A stretch of 28,525 nucleotides of DNA from a virus. Its lineage: Duplodnaviria > Heunggongvirae > Uroviricota > Caudoviricetes. Shown here one piece after another: positions 15,702-24,829 of the stretch. Where the stretch lies: IMG/VR virus record IMGVR_UViG_643348547_000003, positions 1-28,525 of that record; one strand, written 5' to 3'. The notes below the pieces were generated by a model. That model was not told the origin of the DNA. It ran no database searches and saw nothing but the letters and a program-made list of their open reading frames with translations. Position 1 is the first letter of the stretch, and each line of letters starts with the position of its first letter. Position numbers and translations under genes: made by a program.

Positions 15702-18216
15702 TTTAAGTCTGGATGCGGCCAGATTTGACGAGCAGATGGCCAGAGTCAGGCGTCATTTTTCCGGTACGGAAAGTGATGCGAAAAAAACAGCGGCAGTCGT
15801 TGAACAGTCAATGAACCGGCAGGCGCTGGCTGCACAGAAAGCGGGGATTTCCGTCGGGCAGTATAAAGCTGCCATGCGTATGCTGCCTGCGCAGTTCACC
15901 GACGTGGCCACGCAGCTTGCAGGGGGGCAGAATCCGTGGCTCATCCTGCTGCAACAGGGTGGTCAGGTGAAGGACTCCTTCGGCGGGATGATCCCCATGT
16001 TCAGGGGGCTTGCCGGTGCGATCACCCTGCCGATGGTTGGTATCACTTCGCTGGCGGTGGCGACCGGTGCGCTGGCGTATGCCTGGTATCAGGGTGACTC
16101 AACCCTGTCCGATTTCAACAAAACGCTGGTCCTTTCCGGTAATCAGGCGGGACTGACGGCAGATCGTATGCTGGCCCTGTCCAGAGCCGGGCAGGCGGCA
16201 GGGCTGACGTTTAACCAGACCAGCGAGTCACTGACGGCGCTGGTGAATGCCGGTGTGCGTGGTGGTGAGCAGTTTGAGGCAATCAGCCAGAGTGTGGCGC
16301 GTTTCTCCTCTGCATCCGGCGTGGAGGTGGACAAGGTCGCTGAAGCCTTCGGGAAGCTGACCACTGACCCGACGTCTGGGTTGACGGCGATGGCACGTCA
16401 GTTCCATAACGTGACGGCGGAGCAGATTGCGTATGTTGCTCAGTTGCAGCGTTCCGGCGATGAAGCCGGGGCATTGCAGGCGGCGAACGAGGCCGCAACG
16501 AAAGGGTTTGATGACCAGACCCGCCGCCTGAAAGAGAACATGGGCACGCTGGAGACCTGGGCAGACAGGACTGCGCGGGCATTCAAATCCATGTGGGATG
16601 CGGTGCTGGATATTGGTCGTCCTGATACCGCGCAGGAGATGCTGATTAAGGCAGAGGCTGCGTTTAAGAAAGCAGACGACATCTGGAATCTGCGCAAGGA
16701 TGATTATTTTGTTAACGATGAAGCGCGGGCGCGTTACTGGGATGATCGTGAAAAGGCCCGTCTTGCGCTTGAAGCCGCCCGAAAGAAGACTGAGCAGCAG
16801 ACTCAACAGGACAAAAATGCGCAGCAGCAGAGCGATACCGAAGCGTCACGGCTGAAATATACCGAAGAGGCGCAGAAGGCTTACGAACGGCTGCAGACGC
16901 CGCTGGAGAAATATACCGTCCGTCAGGAAGAACTGAACAAGGCACTGAAAGACGGGAAAATCCTGCAGGCGGATTACAACACGCTGATGGCGGCAGCGAA
17001 AAAGGATTATGAAGCGACGCTGAAAAAGCCGAAGCAGTCCGGCGTGAAGGTGTCTGCGGGCGATCGTCAGGAAGACAGTGCTCATGCTGCCCTGCTGACG
17101 CTTCAGGCAGAACTCCGGACGCTGGAGAAGCATGCCGGAGCAAATGAGAAAATCAGCCAGCAGCGCCGGGATTTGTGGAAGGCGGAAAGTCAGTTCGCGG
17201 TACTGGAGGAGGCGGCGCAACGTCGCCAGCTGTCCGCACAGGAGAAATCCCTGCTGGCGCATAAAGATGAGACGCTGGAGTACAAACGCCAGCTGGCTGC
17301 ACTTGGCGACAAGGTCACGTATCAGGAGCACCTGAACGCGCTGGCGCAGCAGGCGGATAAATTCGCACAGCAGCAACGGGCAAAACGGGCAGCCATTGAG
17401 GCGAAAAACCGGGGGCTGACTGACCGGCAGGCAGCGCGGGACGCCACGGAACAGCGCCTGAAGGAACAGTATGGCGATAATCCGCTGGCGCTGAATAGCG
17501 TCATGTCAGAGCAGAAAAAGACCTGGGCGGCTGAAGACCAGCTTCGCGGGAGCTGGATGGCAGGCCTCAGGTCAGGCTGGAGTGAGTGGGAAGAGAGCGC
17601 CACGGACAGTATGTCGCAGGTTAAAAGTGCAGCCACGCAGACCTTTGATGGTATTGCACAGAATATGGCGGCGATGCTGACCGGCAGTGAACAGAACTGG
17701 CGCAGCTTCACCCGTTCCGTGCTGTCCATGATGACAGAAATTCTGCTTAAGCAGGCAATGGTGGGGATCGTCGGGAGTGTCGGCAGTGTCATTGGCGGTG
17801 CATCAGCGTCAGGCGGTACAGCCATTCAGGCATCTGCGGCGAAATTCCATTTTGCGACCGGAGGATTTACGGGAACCGGCGGCAAATATGAGCCAGCGGG
17901 GATTGTTCACCGTGGTGAATTTGTCTTCACGAAGGAGGCAACCAGCCGGATTGGCGTGGGGAATCTTTACCGGCTTATGCGCGGCTATGCCACCGGCGGT
18001 TATGTCGGTACACCGGGCAGCATGGCGGACAGTCGGTCGCAGGCGTCCGGGACGTTTGAGCAGAATAACCATGTGGTGATTAACAACGACGGCACGAACG
18101 GTCAGATAGGGCCACAGGCGCTGAAGGCTGTTTATGACGTAGCCCGTAAGGCGGCAATGGATGTTGTGACCGGGCAGATGCGTGATGGTGGTCTGTTCTC
18201 CGGAGGTGGACGATGA
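15670..18216 (+). CDS. H: Lambda-like H (tail tape measure protein)
   Basis: 848 aa, MAAPVGDLVVDLSLDAARFDEQMARVRRHF..., near-identical to lambda gpH as recalled, with a small deletion in the Gly-rich region near the C-terminus. Confidence 0.92.
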   Translation: MAAPVGDLVVDLSLDAARFDEQMARVRRHFSGTESDAKKTAAVVEQSMNRQALAAQKAGISVGQYKAAMRMLPAQFTDVATQLAGGQNPWLILLQQGGQVKDSFGGMIPMFRGLAGAITLPMVGITSLAVATGALAYAWYQGDSTLSDFNKTLVLSGNQAGLTADRMLALSRAGQAAGLTFNQTSESLTALVNAGVRGGEQFEAISQSVARFSSASGVEVDKVAEAFGKLTTDPTSGLTAMARQFHNVTAEQIAYVAQLQRSGDEAGALQAANEAATKGFDDQTRRLKENMGTLETWADRTARAFKSMWDAVLDIGRPDTAQEMLIKAEAAFKKADDIWNLRKDDYFVNDEARARYWDDREKARLALEAARKKTEQQTQQDKNAQQQSDTEASRLKYTEEAQKAYERLQTPLEKYTVRQEELNKALKDGKILQADYNTLMAAAKKDYEATLKKPKQSGVKVSAGDRQEDSAHAALLTLQAELRTLEKHAGANEKISQQRRDLWKAESQFAVLEEAAQRRQLSAQEKSLLAHKDETLEYKRQLAALGDKVTYQEHLNALAQQADKFAQQQRAKRAAIEAKNRGLTDRQAARDATEQRLKEQYGDNPLALNSVMSEQKKTWAAEDQLRGSWMAGLRSGWSEWEESATDSMSQVKSAATQTFDGIAQNMAAMLTGSEQNWRSFTRSVLSMMTEILLKQAMVGIVGSVGSVIGGASASGGTAIQASAAKFHFATGGFTGTGGKYEPAGIVHRGEFVFTKEATSRIGVGNLYRLMRGYATGGYVGTPGSMADSRSQASGTFEQNNHVVINNDGTNGQIGPQALKAVYDVARKAAMDVVTGQMRDGGLFSGGGR

Positions 18217-18542
18217 AAACCTTCCGCTGGAAAGTGAAACCCGGTATGGATGTGGCTTCGGCCCCTTCTGTAAGAAAGGTGCGCTTTGGTGATGGCTATT
18301 CCCAGCGAGCGCCTGCCGGGCTGAATGCCAACCTGAAAACGTACAGCGTGACGCTTTCTGTTCCCCGTTGGGAGGCCGCGGCGCTGGAGTCGTTTCTGGA
18401 AGAGCACGGGGGCTGGAAAGCCTTTCTGTGGACGCCGCCTTATGAGTGGCGGCAGATAAAGGTGACCTGCGCAAAATGGTCGTCGCGGGTCAGTATGCTG
18501 CGTGTTGAGTTCAGCGCAGAGTTTGAACAGGTGGTGAACTGA
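18213..18542 (+). CDS. M: Lambda-like M (tail tip protein)
   Basis: 109 aa, MKTFRWKVKPGMDVASAPSVRKVRFGDGYSQRAPAGLNANLKTY..., matching lambda gpM. Confidence 0.9.
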   Translation: MKTFRWKVKPGMDVASAPSVRKVRFGDGYSQRAPAGLNANLKTYSVTLSVPRWEAAALESFLEEHGGWKAFLWTPPYEWRQIKVTCAKWSSRVSMLRVEFSAEFEQVVN

Positions 18543-19240
18543 TGCAGGATATCCGGCAGGAAACACTGAATGAATGCACCCGTGCGGAGCAGTCGGCCAG
18601 CGTGGTGCTCTGGGAAATCGACCTGACAGAGGTCGGTGGAGAACGTTATTTTTTCTGTAATGAGCAGAACGAAAAAGGTGAGCCGGTCACCTGGCAGGGG
18701 CGACAGTATCAGCCGTATCCCATTCAGGGGAGTGGTTTTGAACTGAATGGCAAAGGCACCAGTACGCGCCCCACGCTGACGGTTTCTAACCTGTACGGTA
18801 TGGTCACCGGGATGGCGGAAGACCTGCAGAGTCTGGTCGGCGGAACGGTGGTCAGGCGTAAGGTTTATGCCCGTTTTCTGGATGCGGTGAACTTCGTCAA
18901 CGGAAACAGCGACGCCGATCCGGAGCAGGAGGTGATCAGCCGCTGGCGCATCGAGCAGTGCAGCGAACTGAGCGCGGTCAGTGCCTCTTTTGTACTGTCC
19001 ACGCCGACGGAAACGGATGGTGCCGTTTTTCCGGGGCGCATCATGCTGGCCAACACCTGCACCTGGACCTATCGCGGTGATGAGTGCGGTTATAACGGTC
19101 CGGCTGTCGCTGATGAATATGACCAGCCGACGTCCGATATCACGAAGGATAAATGCAGCAAATGCCTGAGTGGCTGTAAGTTTCGCAATAACGTCGGCAA
19201 CTTTGGCGGCTTCCTTTCCATTAACAAACTTTCGCAGTAA
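18542..19240 (+). CDS. L: Lambda-like L (tail tip protein)
   Basis: 232 aa, MQDIRQETLNECTRAEQSASVVLWEIDLTEVGGERYFF..., matching lambda gpL. Confidence 0.9.
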   Translation: MQDIRQETLNECTRAEQSASVVLWEIDLTEVGGERYFFCNEQNEKGEPVTWQGRQYQPYPIQGSGFELNGKGTSTRPTLTVSNLYGMVTGMAEDLQSLVGGTVVRRKVYARFLDAVNFVNGNSDADPEQEVISRWRIEQCSELSAVSASFVLSTPTETDGAVFPGRIMLANTCTWTYRGDECGYNGPAVADEYDQPTSDITKDKCSKCLSGCKFRNNVGNFGGFLSINKLSQ

Positions 19241-19245
19241 ATCCC

Positions 19246-19989
19246 ATGACAGAGACAGAATCAGCGATTCTGGCGCACGCCCGGCGATGTGCGCCAGCGG
19301 AGTCGTGCGGCTTCGTGGTGAGAACGCCGGAGGGGGAAAGATATTTTCCCTGCGTGAATATCTCCGGTGAGCCGGAGGCGTATTTCCGTATGTCGCCGGA
19401 GGACTGGCTGCAGGCAGAGATGCAGGGTGAGATTGTCGCGCTGGTCCACAGCCATCCCGGTGGTCTGCCCTGGCTGAGTGAAGCCGACCGGCGGCTGCAG
19501 GTGCAGAGTGATTTGCCGTGGTGGCTGGTCTGCCGGGGGACGATTCATAAGTTCCTCTGTGTGCCGCATCTCACCGGGCGGCGCTTTGAGCACGGGGTGA
19601 CGGACTGTTACACGCTGTTCCGGGATGCTTATCATCTGGCGGGGATTGAGATGCCGGATTTTCATCGCGGGGATGACTGGTGGCGTCACGGTCAGAATCT
19701 CTATCTGGATAATCTGGAGGCCACAGGGCTGTATCAGGTGCCGTTGTCATCAGCACAACCGGGCGATGTGCTGCTGTGCTGTTTTGGTTCATCGGTGCCG
19801 AATCATGCCGCCATTTACTGTGGTGATGGCGAGCTGCTGCACCATATTCCTGAACAACTGAGCAAACGAGAGAGGTATACCGACAAATGGCAGCGACGCA
19901 CACACTCCCTCTGGCGTCACCGGGCATGGCACGCATCTGCCTTTACGGGGATTTGCAACGATTTGGCCGCCGCATCGATCTTCGTGTGA
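19246..19989 (+). CDS. K: Lambda-like K (tail tip assembly protein, MPN/JAMM plus NlpC/P60-like)
   Basis: 247-aa ORF with JAMM-like motif ALVHSHPGG and a Cys/His region. The lambda annotation may start at the internal Met corresponding to 19390 (199 aa). Confidence 0.85.
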   Translation: MTETESAILAHARRCAPAESCGFVVRTPEGERYFPCVNISGEPEAYFRMSPEDWLQAEMQGEIVALVHSHPGGLPWLSEADRRLQVQSDLPWWLVCRGTIHKFLCVPHLTGRRFEHGVTDCYTLFRDAYHLAGIEMPDFHRGDDWWRHGQNLYLDNLEATGLYQVPLSSAQPGDVLLCCFGSSVPNHAAIYCGDGELLHHIPEQLSKRERYTDKWQRRTHSLWRHRAWHASAFTGICNDLAAASIFV

Positions 19990-20558
19990 AAACGGGGGCT
20001 GAAGCTATCCGGGCGCTGGCCACACAGCTCCCGGCGTTTCGTCAGAAACTGAGCGACGGCTGGTATCAGGTACGGATTGCCGGGCGGGACGTCAGCACGT
20101 CCGGATTAACGGCGCAGTTACATGAGACTCTGCCTGATGGCGCTGTGATTCATATTGTTCCCAGAGTCGCCGGGGCCAAGTCAGGTGGTGTATTCCAGAT
20201 TGTCCTGGGAGCTGCCGCCATTGCCGGATCATTCTTTACTGCCGGAGCCACCCTTGCAGCATGGGGGGCAGCCATTGGGGCCGGTGGTATGACCGGCATC
20301 CTGTTTTCTCTCGGTGCCAGTATGGTGCTCGGTGGTGTGGCGCAGATGCTGGCACCGAAAGCCAGAACTCCCCGTACACAGACAACGGATAACGGCAAAC
20401 AGAACACCTATTTTTCCTCACTGGATAACATGGTTGCTCAGGGCAATGTTCTGCCTGTTCTGTACGGTGAAATGCGTGTGGGGTCGCGGGTGGTTTCTCA
20501 GGAGATCAGCACGGCAGACGAAGGGGACGGTGGTCAGGTTGTGGTGATTGGTCGCTGA
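19887..20558 (+). CDS. I: Lambda-like I (tail tip assembly protein)
   Basis: 223 aa, MAATHTLPLASPGMARICLYGDLQRFGRRIDLRVKTG..., matching lambda gpI. Overlaps the 3' end of K. Confidence 0.9.
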   Translation: MAATHTLPLASPGMARICLYGDLQRFGRRIDLRVKTGAEAIRALATQLPAFRQKLSDGWYQVRIAGRDVSTSGLTAQLHETLPDGAVIHIVPRVAGAKSGGVFQIVLGAAAIAGSFFTAGATLAAWGAAIGAGGMTGILFSLGASMVLGGVAQMLAPKARTPRTQTTDNGKQNTYFSSLDNMVAQGNVLPVLYGEMRVGSRVVSQEISTADEGDGGQVVVIGR

Positions 20559-20618
20559 TGCAAAATGTTTTATGTGAAACCGCCTCCGGGCGGTTTTGTC
20601 GTTTATGGAGCATGACGA

Positions 20619-23600
20619 ATGGGTAAAGGCAGCAGTAAGGGGCATACCCCGCGCGAAGCGAAAGATAACCTGAAATCCACGCAGCTGTTGAGTGCGATTG
20701 ATGCCATCAGCGAAGGGCCGATTGAAGGTCCGGTGGATGGATTAAAAAGCGTGCTGCTGAACAGTACGCCGGTGCTGGACAGTGAGGGGAATACCAATAT
20801 CTCCGGCGTCACGGTGGTGTTCCGGGCAGGTGAGCAGGAGCAGTCACCGCCGGAGGGATTTGAATCCTCCGGTTCCGAGACGGTGCTCGGTACGGAAGTG
20901 AAATATGAAACGCCGATCACCCGGACCATCACGTCGGCAAACATCGACCGTCTGCGCTTTACCTTCGGTGTACAGGCACTGGTGGAAACCACCTCAAAGG
21001 GAGACAGGAATCCGTCGGAAGTCCGCCTGCTGGTTCAGATACAGCGTAACGGTGGCTGGGTGACGGAAAAAGACATCACCATTAAGGGCAAAACCACCTC
21101 GCAGTATCTGGCCTCGGTGGTGGTGGATAACCTGCCGCCGCGCCCGTTCAATATCCGGATGCGCAGGATGACGCCGGACAGCACCACAGACCAGCTGCAG
21201 AACAAAACGCTCTGGTCGTCATACACCGAGATCATCGATGTGAAACAGTGCTACCCGAACACGGCACTGGTCGGCGTACAGGTGGACTCGGAGCAGTTCG
21301 GCAGCCAGCAGGTGAGCCGTAATTATCATCTTCGCGGGCGCATTCTGCAGGTGCCGTCGAACTATAACCCGCAGACGCGACAATACAGCGGTATCTGGGA
21401 CGGAACGTTAAAACCAGCATACAGCAACAACATGGCCTGGTGTCTGTGGGATATGCTGACCCACCCGCGCTACGGCATGGGGAAACGTCTTGGTGCGGCG
21501 GATGTGGACAAATGGGCGCTGTATGTCATCGGCCAGTACTGCGACCAGTCAGTGCCGGACGGCTTTGGCGGCACGGAGCCGCGCATCACCTGTAATGCGT
21601 ACCTGACCACACAGCGCAAGGCGTGGGATGTGCTCAGTGATTTCTGCTCGGCGATGCGCTGTATGCCGGTATGGAACGGGCAGACGCTGACGTTCGTGCA
21701 GGACCGACAGTCGGATAAGGTGTGGACCTATAACCGCAGTAATGTGGTGATGCCGGATGATGGCGCGCCGTTCCGCTACAGCTTCAGCGCCCTGAAGGAC
21801 CGCCATAATGCCGTTGAGGTGAACTGGATTGACCCGGACAACGGCTGGGAGACGGCGACAGAGCTTGTTGAAGATACGCAGGCCATTGCCCGTTACGGTC
21901 GTAATGTCACGAAGATGGATGCCTTTGGCTGTACCAGCCGGGGGCAGGCACACCGCGCCGGGCTGTGGCTGATTAAAACGGAACTGCTGGAAACGCAGAC
22001 CGTGGATTTCAGCGTGGGCGCAGAAGGGCTTCGCCATGTGCCGGGCGATGTTATTGAAATCTGCGATGATGACTATGCCGGTATCAGCACCGGTGGTCGC
22101 GTGCTGGCGGTGAACAGCCAGACCCGGACGCTGACGCTCGACCGTGAAATCACGCTGCCATCCTCCGGTACCACGCTGATAAGCCTGGTTGACGGAAGTG
22201 GCAATCCGGTCAGCGTGGAGGTTCAGTCCGTCACCGACGGCGTGAAGGTAAAAGTGAGCCGTGTTCCTGACGGTGTTGCTGAATACAGCGTATGGGGGCT
22301 GAAGCTGCCGACGCTGCGCCAGCGACTGTTCCGCTGCGTGAGTATCCGTGAGAACGACGACGGCACGTATGCCATCACCGCCGTGCAGCATGTGCCGGAA
22401 AAAGAGGCCATCGTGGATAACGGGGCGCACTTTGACGGCGAACAGAGTGGCACGGTGAATGGTGTCACGCCGCCAGCGGTGCAGCACCTGACCGCAGAAG
22501 TCACTGCAGACAGCGGGGAATATCAGGTGCTGGCGCGATGGGACACACCGAAGGTGGTGAAGGGCGTGAGCTTCCTGCTTCGCCTGACCGTGGCAGCGGA
22601 TGACGGCAGTGAGCGGCTGGTCAGCACGGCCCGGACGACGGAAACCACATACCGCTTCACGCAACTGGCGCTGGGAAACTACAGGCTGACAGTCCGGGCG
22701 GCAAATGCCTGGGGGCAGCAGGGCGATCCGGCATCGGTATCGTTCCGTATTGCCGCACCGGCAGCGCCGTCGCGGATTGAGCTGACGCCGGGCTATTTTC
22801 AGATAACCGCCACGCCCCATCTTGCCGTTTATGATCCGACGGTACAGTTTGAGTTCTGGTTCTCGGAAAAGCGGATTGCGGATATCAGGCAGGTTGAAAC
22901 CACAGCCCGCTATCTTGGCACGGCGCTGTACTGGATAGCTGCCAGTATCAATATCAAACCGGGCCATGATTATTATTTTTACATCCGCAGTGTGAACACC
23001 GTTGGCAAATCGGCATTTGTGGAGGCTGTTGGCCAGCCGAGTGATGATGCATCCGGCTATCTGGATTTTTTCAAAGGCGAGATAGGGAAAAGCCATCTGG
23101 CTCAGGAGCTGTGGACGCAGATTGATAACGGTCAGCTTGCGCCTGACCTGGCTGAAATCAGGACGTCCATTACGGATGTCAGCAATGAAATCACGCAGAC
23201 CGTCAATAAGAAACTGGAAGACCAGAGTGCGGCAATTCAGCAGATACAGAAGGTTCAGGTTGATACAAATAATAACCTGAACAGCATGTGGGCTGTGAAG
23301 CTGCAGCAGATGCAGGACGGACGCCTTTATATCGCGGGTATTGGTGCCGGTATTGAGAACACCCCTGACGGCATGCAGAGTCAGGTGCTGCTGGCGGCGG
23401 ACAGGATTGCGATGGTTAATCCTGCGAATGGCAACACAAAGCCGATGTTTGTTGGTCAGGGCGATCAGATATTCATGAACGAAGTGTTCCTGAAATATCT
23501 GACGGCTCCCACCATTACCAGCGGCGGTAATCCTCCGGCATTTTCCCTGACACCGGACGGGCGGCTGACGGCGAAAAATGCCGATATCAGCGGTAACGTG

Positions 23601-24098
23601 AATGCGAACTCCGGGACGCTCAACAACGTCACGATTAACGAGAACTGCCGGGTTCTGGGAAAACTGTCCGCGAACCAGATTGAAGGCGATCTCGTTAAAA
23701 CAGTGGGTAAAGCTTTCCCCCGGGACTCCCGTGCACCGGAACGGTGGCCATCAGGGACCATTACCGTCAGGATTTATGACGATCAGCCGTTTGACCGGCA
23801 GATTGTTATTCCGGCGGTGGCATTCAGCGGCGCTAAACATGAGAGAGAGCATACTGATATTTACTCCTCATGCCGTCTGATAGTGCGGAAAAACGGTGCT
23901 GAAATTTATAACCGTACCGCGCTGGATAATACGCTGATTTACAGTGGCGTTATTGATATGCCTGCCGGTCACGGTCACATGACGCTGGAGTTTTCGGTGT
24001 CAGCATGGCTGGTAAATGACTGGTATCCCACAGCAAGTATCAGCGATTTGCTGGTTGTGGTGATGAAGAAAGCCACTGCAGGCATCACGATTAGCTGA
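20619..24098 (+). CDS. J: Lambda-like J (central tail fibre / host specificity protein) with a variant C-terminal region
   Basis: 1159 aa. The N-terminal 800 aa or so follow lambda gpJ ([24 protein letters not shown]...). The last 330 aa or so diverge from the lambda C-terminus as I recall it. Confidence 0.92.
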   Translation: MGKGSSKGHTPREAKDNLKSTQLLSAIDAISEGPIEGPVDGLKSVLLNSTPVLDSEGNTNISGVTVVFRAGEQEQSPPEGFESSGSETVLGTEVKYETPITRTITSANIDRLRFTFGVQALVETTSKGDRNPSEVRLLVQIQRNGGWVTEKDITIKGKTTSQYLASVVVDNLPPRPFNIRMRRMTPDSTTDQLQNKTLWSSYTEIIDVKQCYPNTALVGVQVDSEQFGSQQVSRNYHLRGRILQVPSNYNPQTRQYSGIWDGTLKPAYSNNMAWCLWDMLTHPRYGMGKRLGAADVDKWALYVIGQYCDQSVPDGFGGTEPRITCNAYLTTQRKAWDVLSDFCSAMRCMPVWNGQTLTFVQDRQSDKVWTYNRSNVVMPDDGAPFRYSFSALKDRHNAVEVNWIDPDNGWETATELVEDTQAIARYGRNVTKMDAFGCTSRGQAHRAGLWLIKTELLETQTVDFSVGAEGLRHVPGDVIEICDDDYAGISTGGRVLAVNSQTRTLTLDREITLPSSGTTLISLVDGSGNPVSVEVQSVTDGVKVKVSRVPDGVAEYSVWGLKLPTLRQRLFRCVSIRENDDGTYAITAVQHVPEKEAIVDNGAHFDGEQSGTVNGVTPPAVQHLTAEVTADSGEYQVLARWDTPKVVKGVSFLLRLTVAADDGSERLVSTARTTETTYRFTQLALGNYRLTVRAANAWGQQGDPASVSFRIAAPAAPSRIELTPGYFQITATPHLAVYDPTVQFEFWFSEKRIADIRQVETTARYLGTALYWIAASINIKPGHDYYFYIRSVNTVGKSAFVEAVGQPSDDASGYLDFFKGEIGKSHLAQELWTQIDNGQLAPDLAEIRTSITDVSNEITQTVNKKLEDQSAAIQQIQKVQVDTNNNLNSMWAVKLQQMQDGRLYIAGIGAGIENTPDGMQSQVLLAADRIAMVNPANGNTKPMFVGQGDQIFMNEVFLKYLTAPTITSGGNPPAFSLTPDGRLTAKNADISGNVNANSGTLNNVTINENCRVLGKLSANQIEGDLVKTVGKAFPRDSRAPERWPSGTITVRIYDDQPFDRQIVIPAVAFSGAKHEREHTDIYSSCRLIVRKNGAEIYNRTALDNTLIYSGVIDMPAGHGHMTLEFSVSAWLVNDWYPTASISDLLVVVMKKATAGITIS

Positions 24099-24117
24099 AT
24101 TTTATAACCCCAATACG

Positions 24118-24141
24118 GGCGTCAGAAATGACGCCTTTTTT
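24118..24141 (+). terminator. Rho-independent terminator between J and lom
   Basis: GGCGTCA (24118..24124), GAAA loop, TGACGCC (24129..24135), followed by TTTTTT. Confidence 0.7.
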
Positions 24142-24165
24142 ATTGCAGAAAAGCGAGAGGTAATT

Positions 24166-24765
24166 ATGCGTAAATTATGTGCTGTTATTCTGTCCGCAGT
24201 AGTCTGGCTGGTTGCCGCTGGTACGCCAGCGAGCGCAGCAGAGCATCAGTCCACACTAAGCGCCGGGTATCTTCAGACCCACACTGATATGCCAGGAAGC
24301 GATAATCTGAACGGGATTAACGTGAAATACCGTTATGAATTTACGGACACGCTGGGGCTGATTACGTCTTTCAGTTATGCCGACGCAGAAGATGAACAAA
24401 AAACGCATTACAGCGATACCCGCTGGCATGAAGATTCCGTGCGTAACCGCTGGTTCAGCATGATGGCGGGGCCATCTGTACGCGTGAATGAATGGTTCAG
24501 TGCTTATGCGATGGCAGGTGTGGCTTACAGCCGTGTGTCGACGTTCTCCGGGGATTATCTCCGCGTAACTGACAACAAGGGGAAAACGCACGATGTGCTG
24601 ACCGGAAGTGATGACGATCGCCACAGCAACACGTCTCTGGCGTGGGGAGCTGGCGTGCAGTTTAACCCGACCGAATCCGTGGCCATTGATATTGCTTATG
24701 AAGGCTCCGGCAGTGGCGACTGGCGCACTGACGGTTTCATCGTGGGTGTCGGTTATAAGTTCTGA
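24166..24765 (+). CDS. lom: Lom outer-membrane protein (Ail/Lom family)
   Basis: 199 aa with signal peptide MRKLCAVILSAVVWLVAAGTPASA and a beta-barrel sequence ending GVGYKF, matching lambda Lom. Confidence 0.9.
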   Translation: MRKLCAVILSAVVWLVAAGTPASAAEHQSTLSAGYLQTHTDMPGSDNLNGINVKYRYEFTDTLGLITSFSYADAEDEQKTHYSDTRWHEDSVRNRWFSMMAGPSVRVNEWFSAYAMAGVAYSRVSTFSGDYLRVTDNKGKTHDVLTGSDDDRHSNTSLAWGAGVQFNPTESVAIDIAYEGSGSGDWRTDGFIVGVGYKF

Positions 24766-24791
24766 TTAGCCAGGTAACACAGTGTTATGAC

Positions 24792-24818
24792 AGCCCGCCG
24801 GTTCAGGCGGGCTTTTTT
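24792..24818 (+). terminator. Rho-independent terminator downstream of lom
   Basis: AGCCCGCC (24792..24799), GGTTCA loop, GGCGGGCT (24806..24813), followed by a T-run to 24818. Confidence 0.8.
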
Positions 24819-24829
24819 GTGGAGTGGAT

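Noticed and set aside
16228-18566. Several 100-220-aa minus-strand ORFs within H and M
   Set aside because: Antisense ORFs inside a tape-measure gene that matches lambda H in the forward frame. No independent support.
21549-23096. 515-aa minus-strand ORF inside J
   Set aside because: Antisense to a near-lambda-identical J coding sequence in GC-rich DNA. The Arg/Pro/Ala-rich translation is typical of spurious antisense ORFs.
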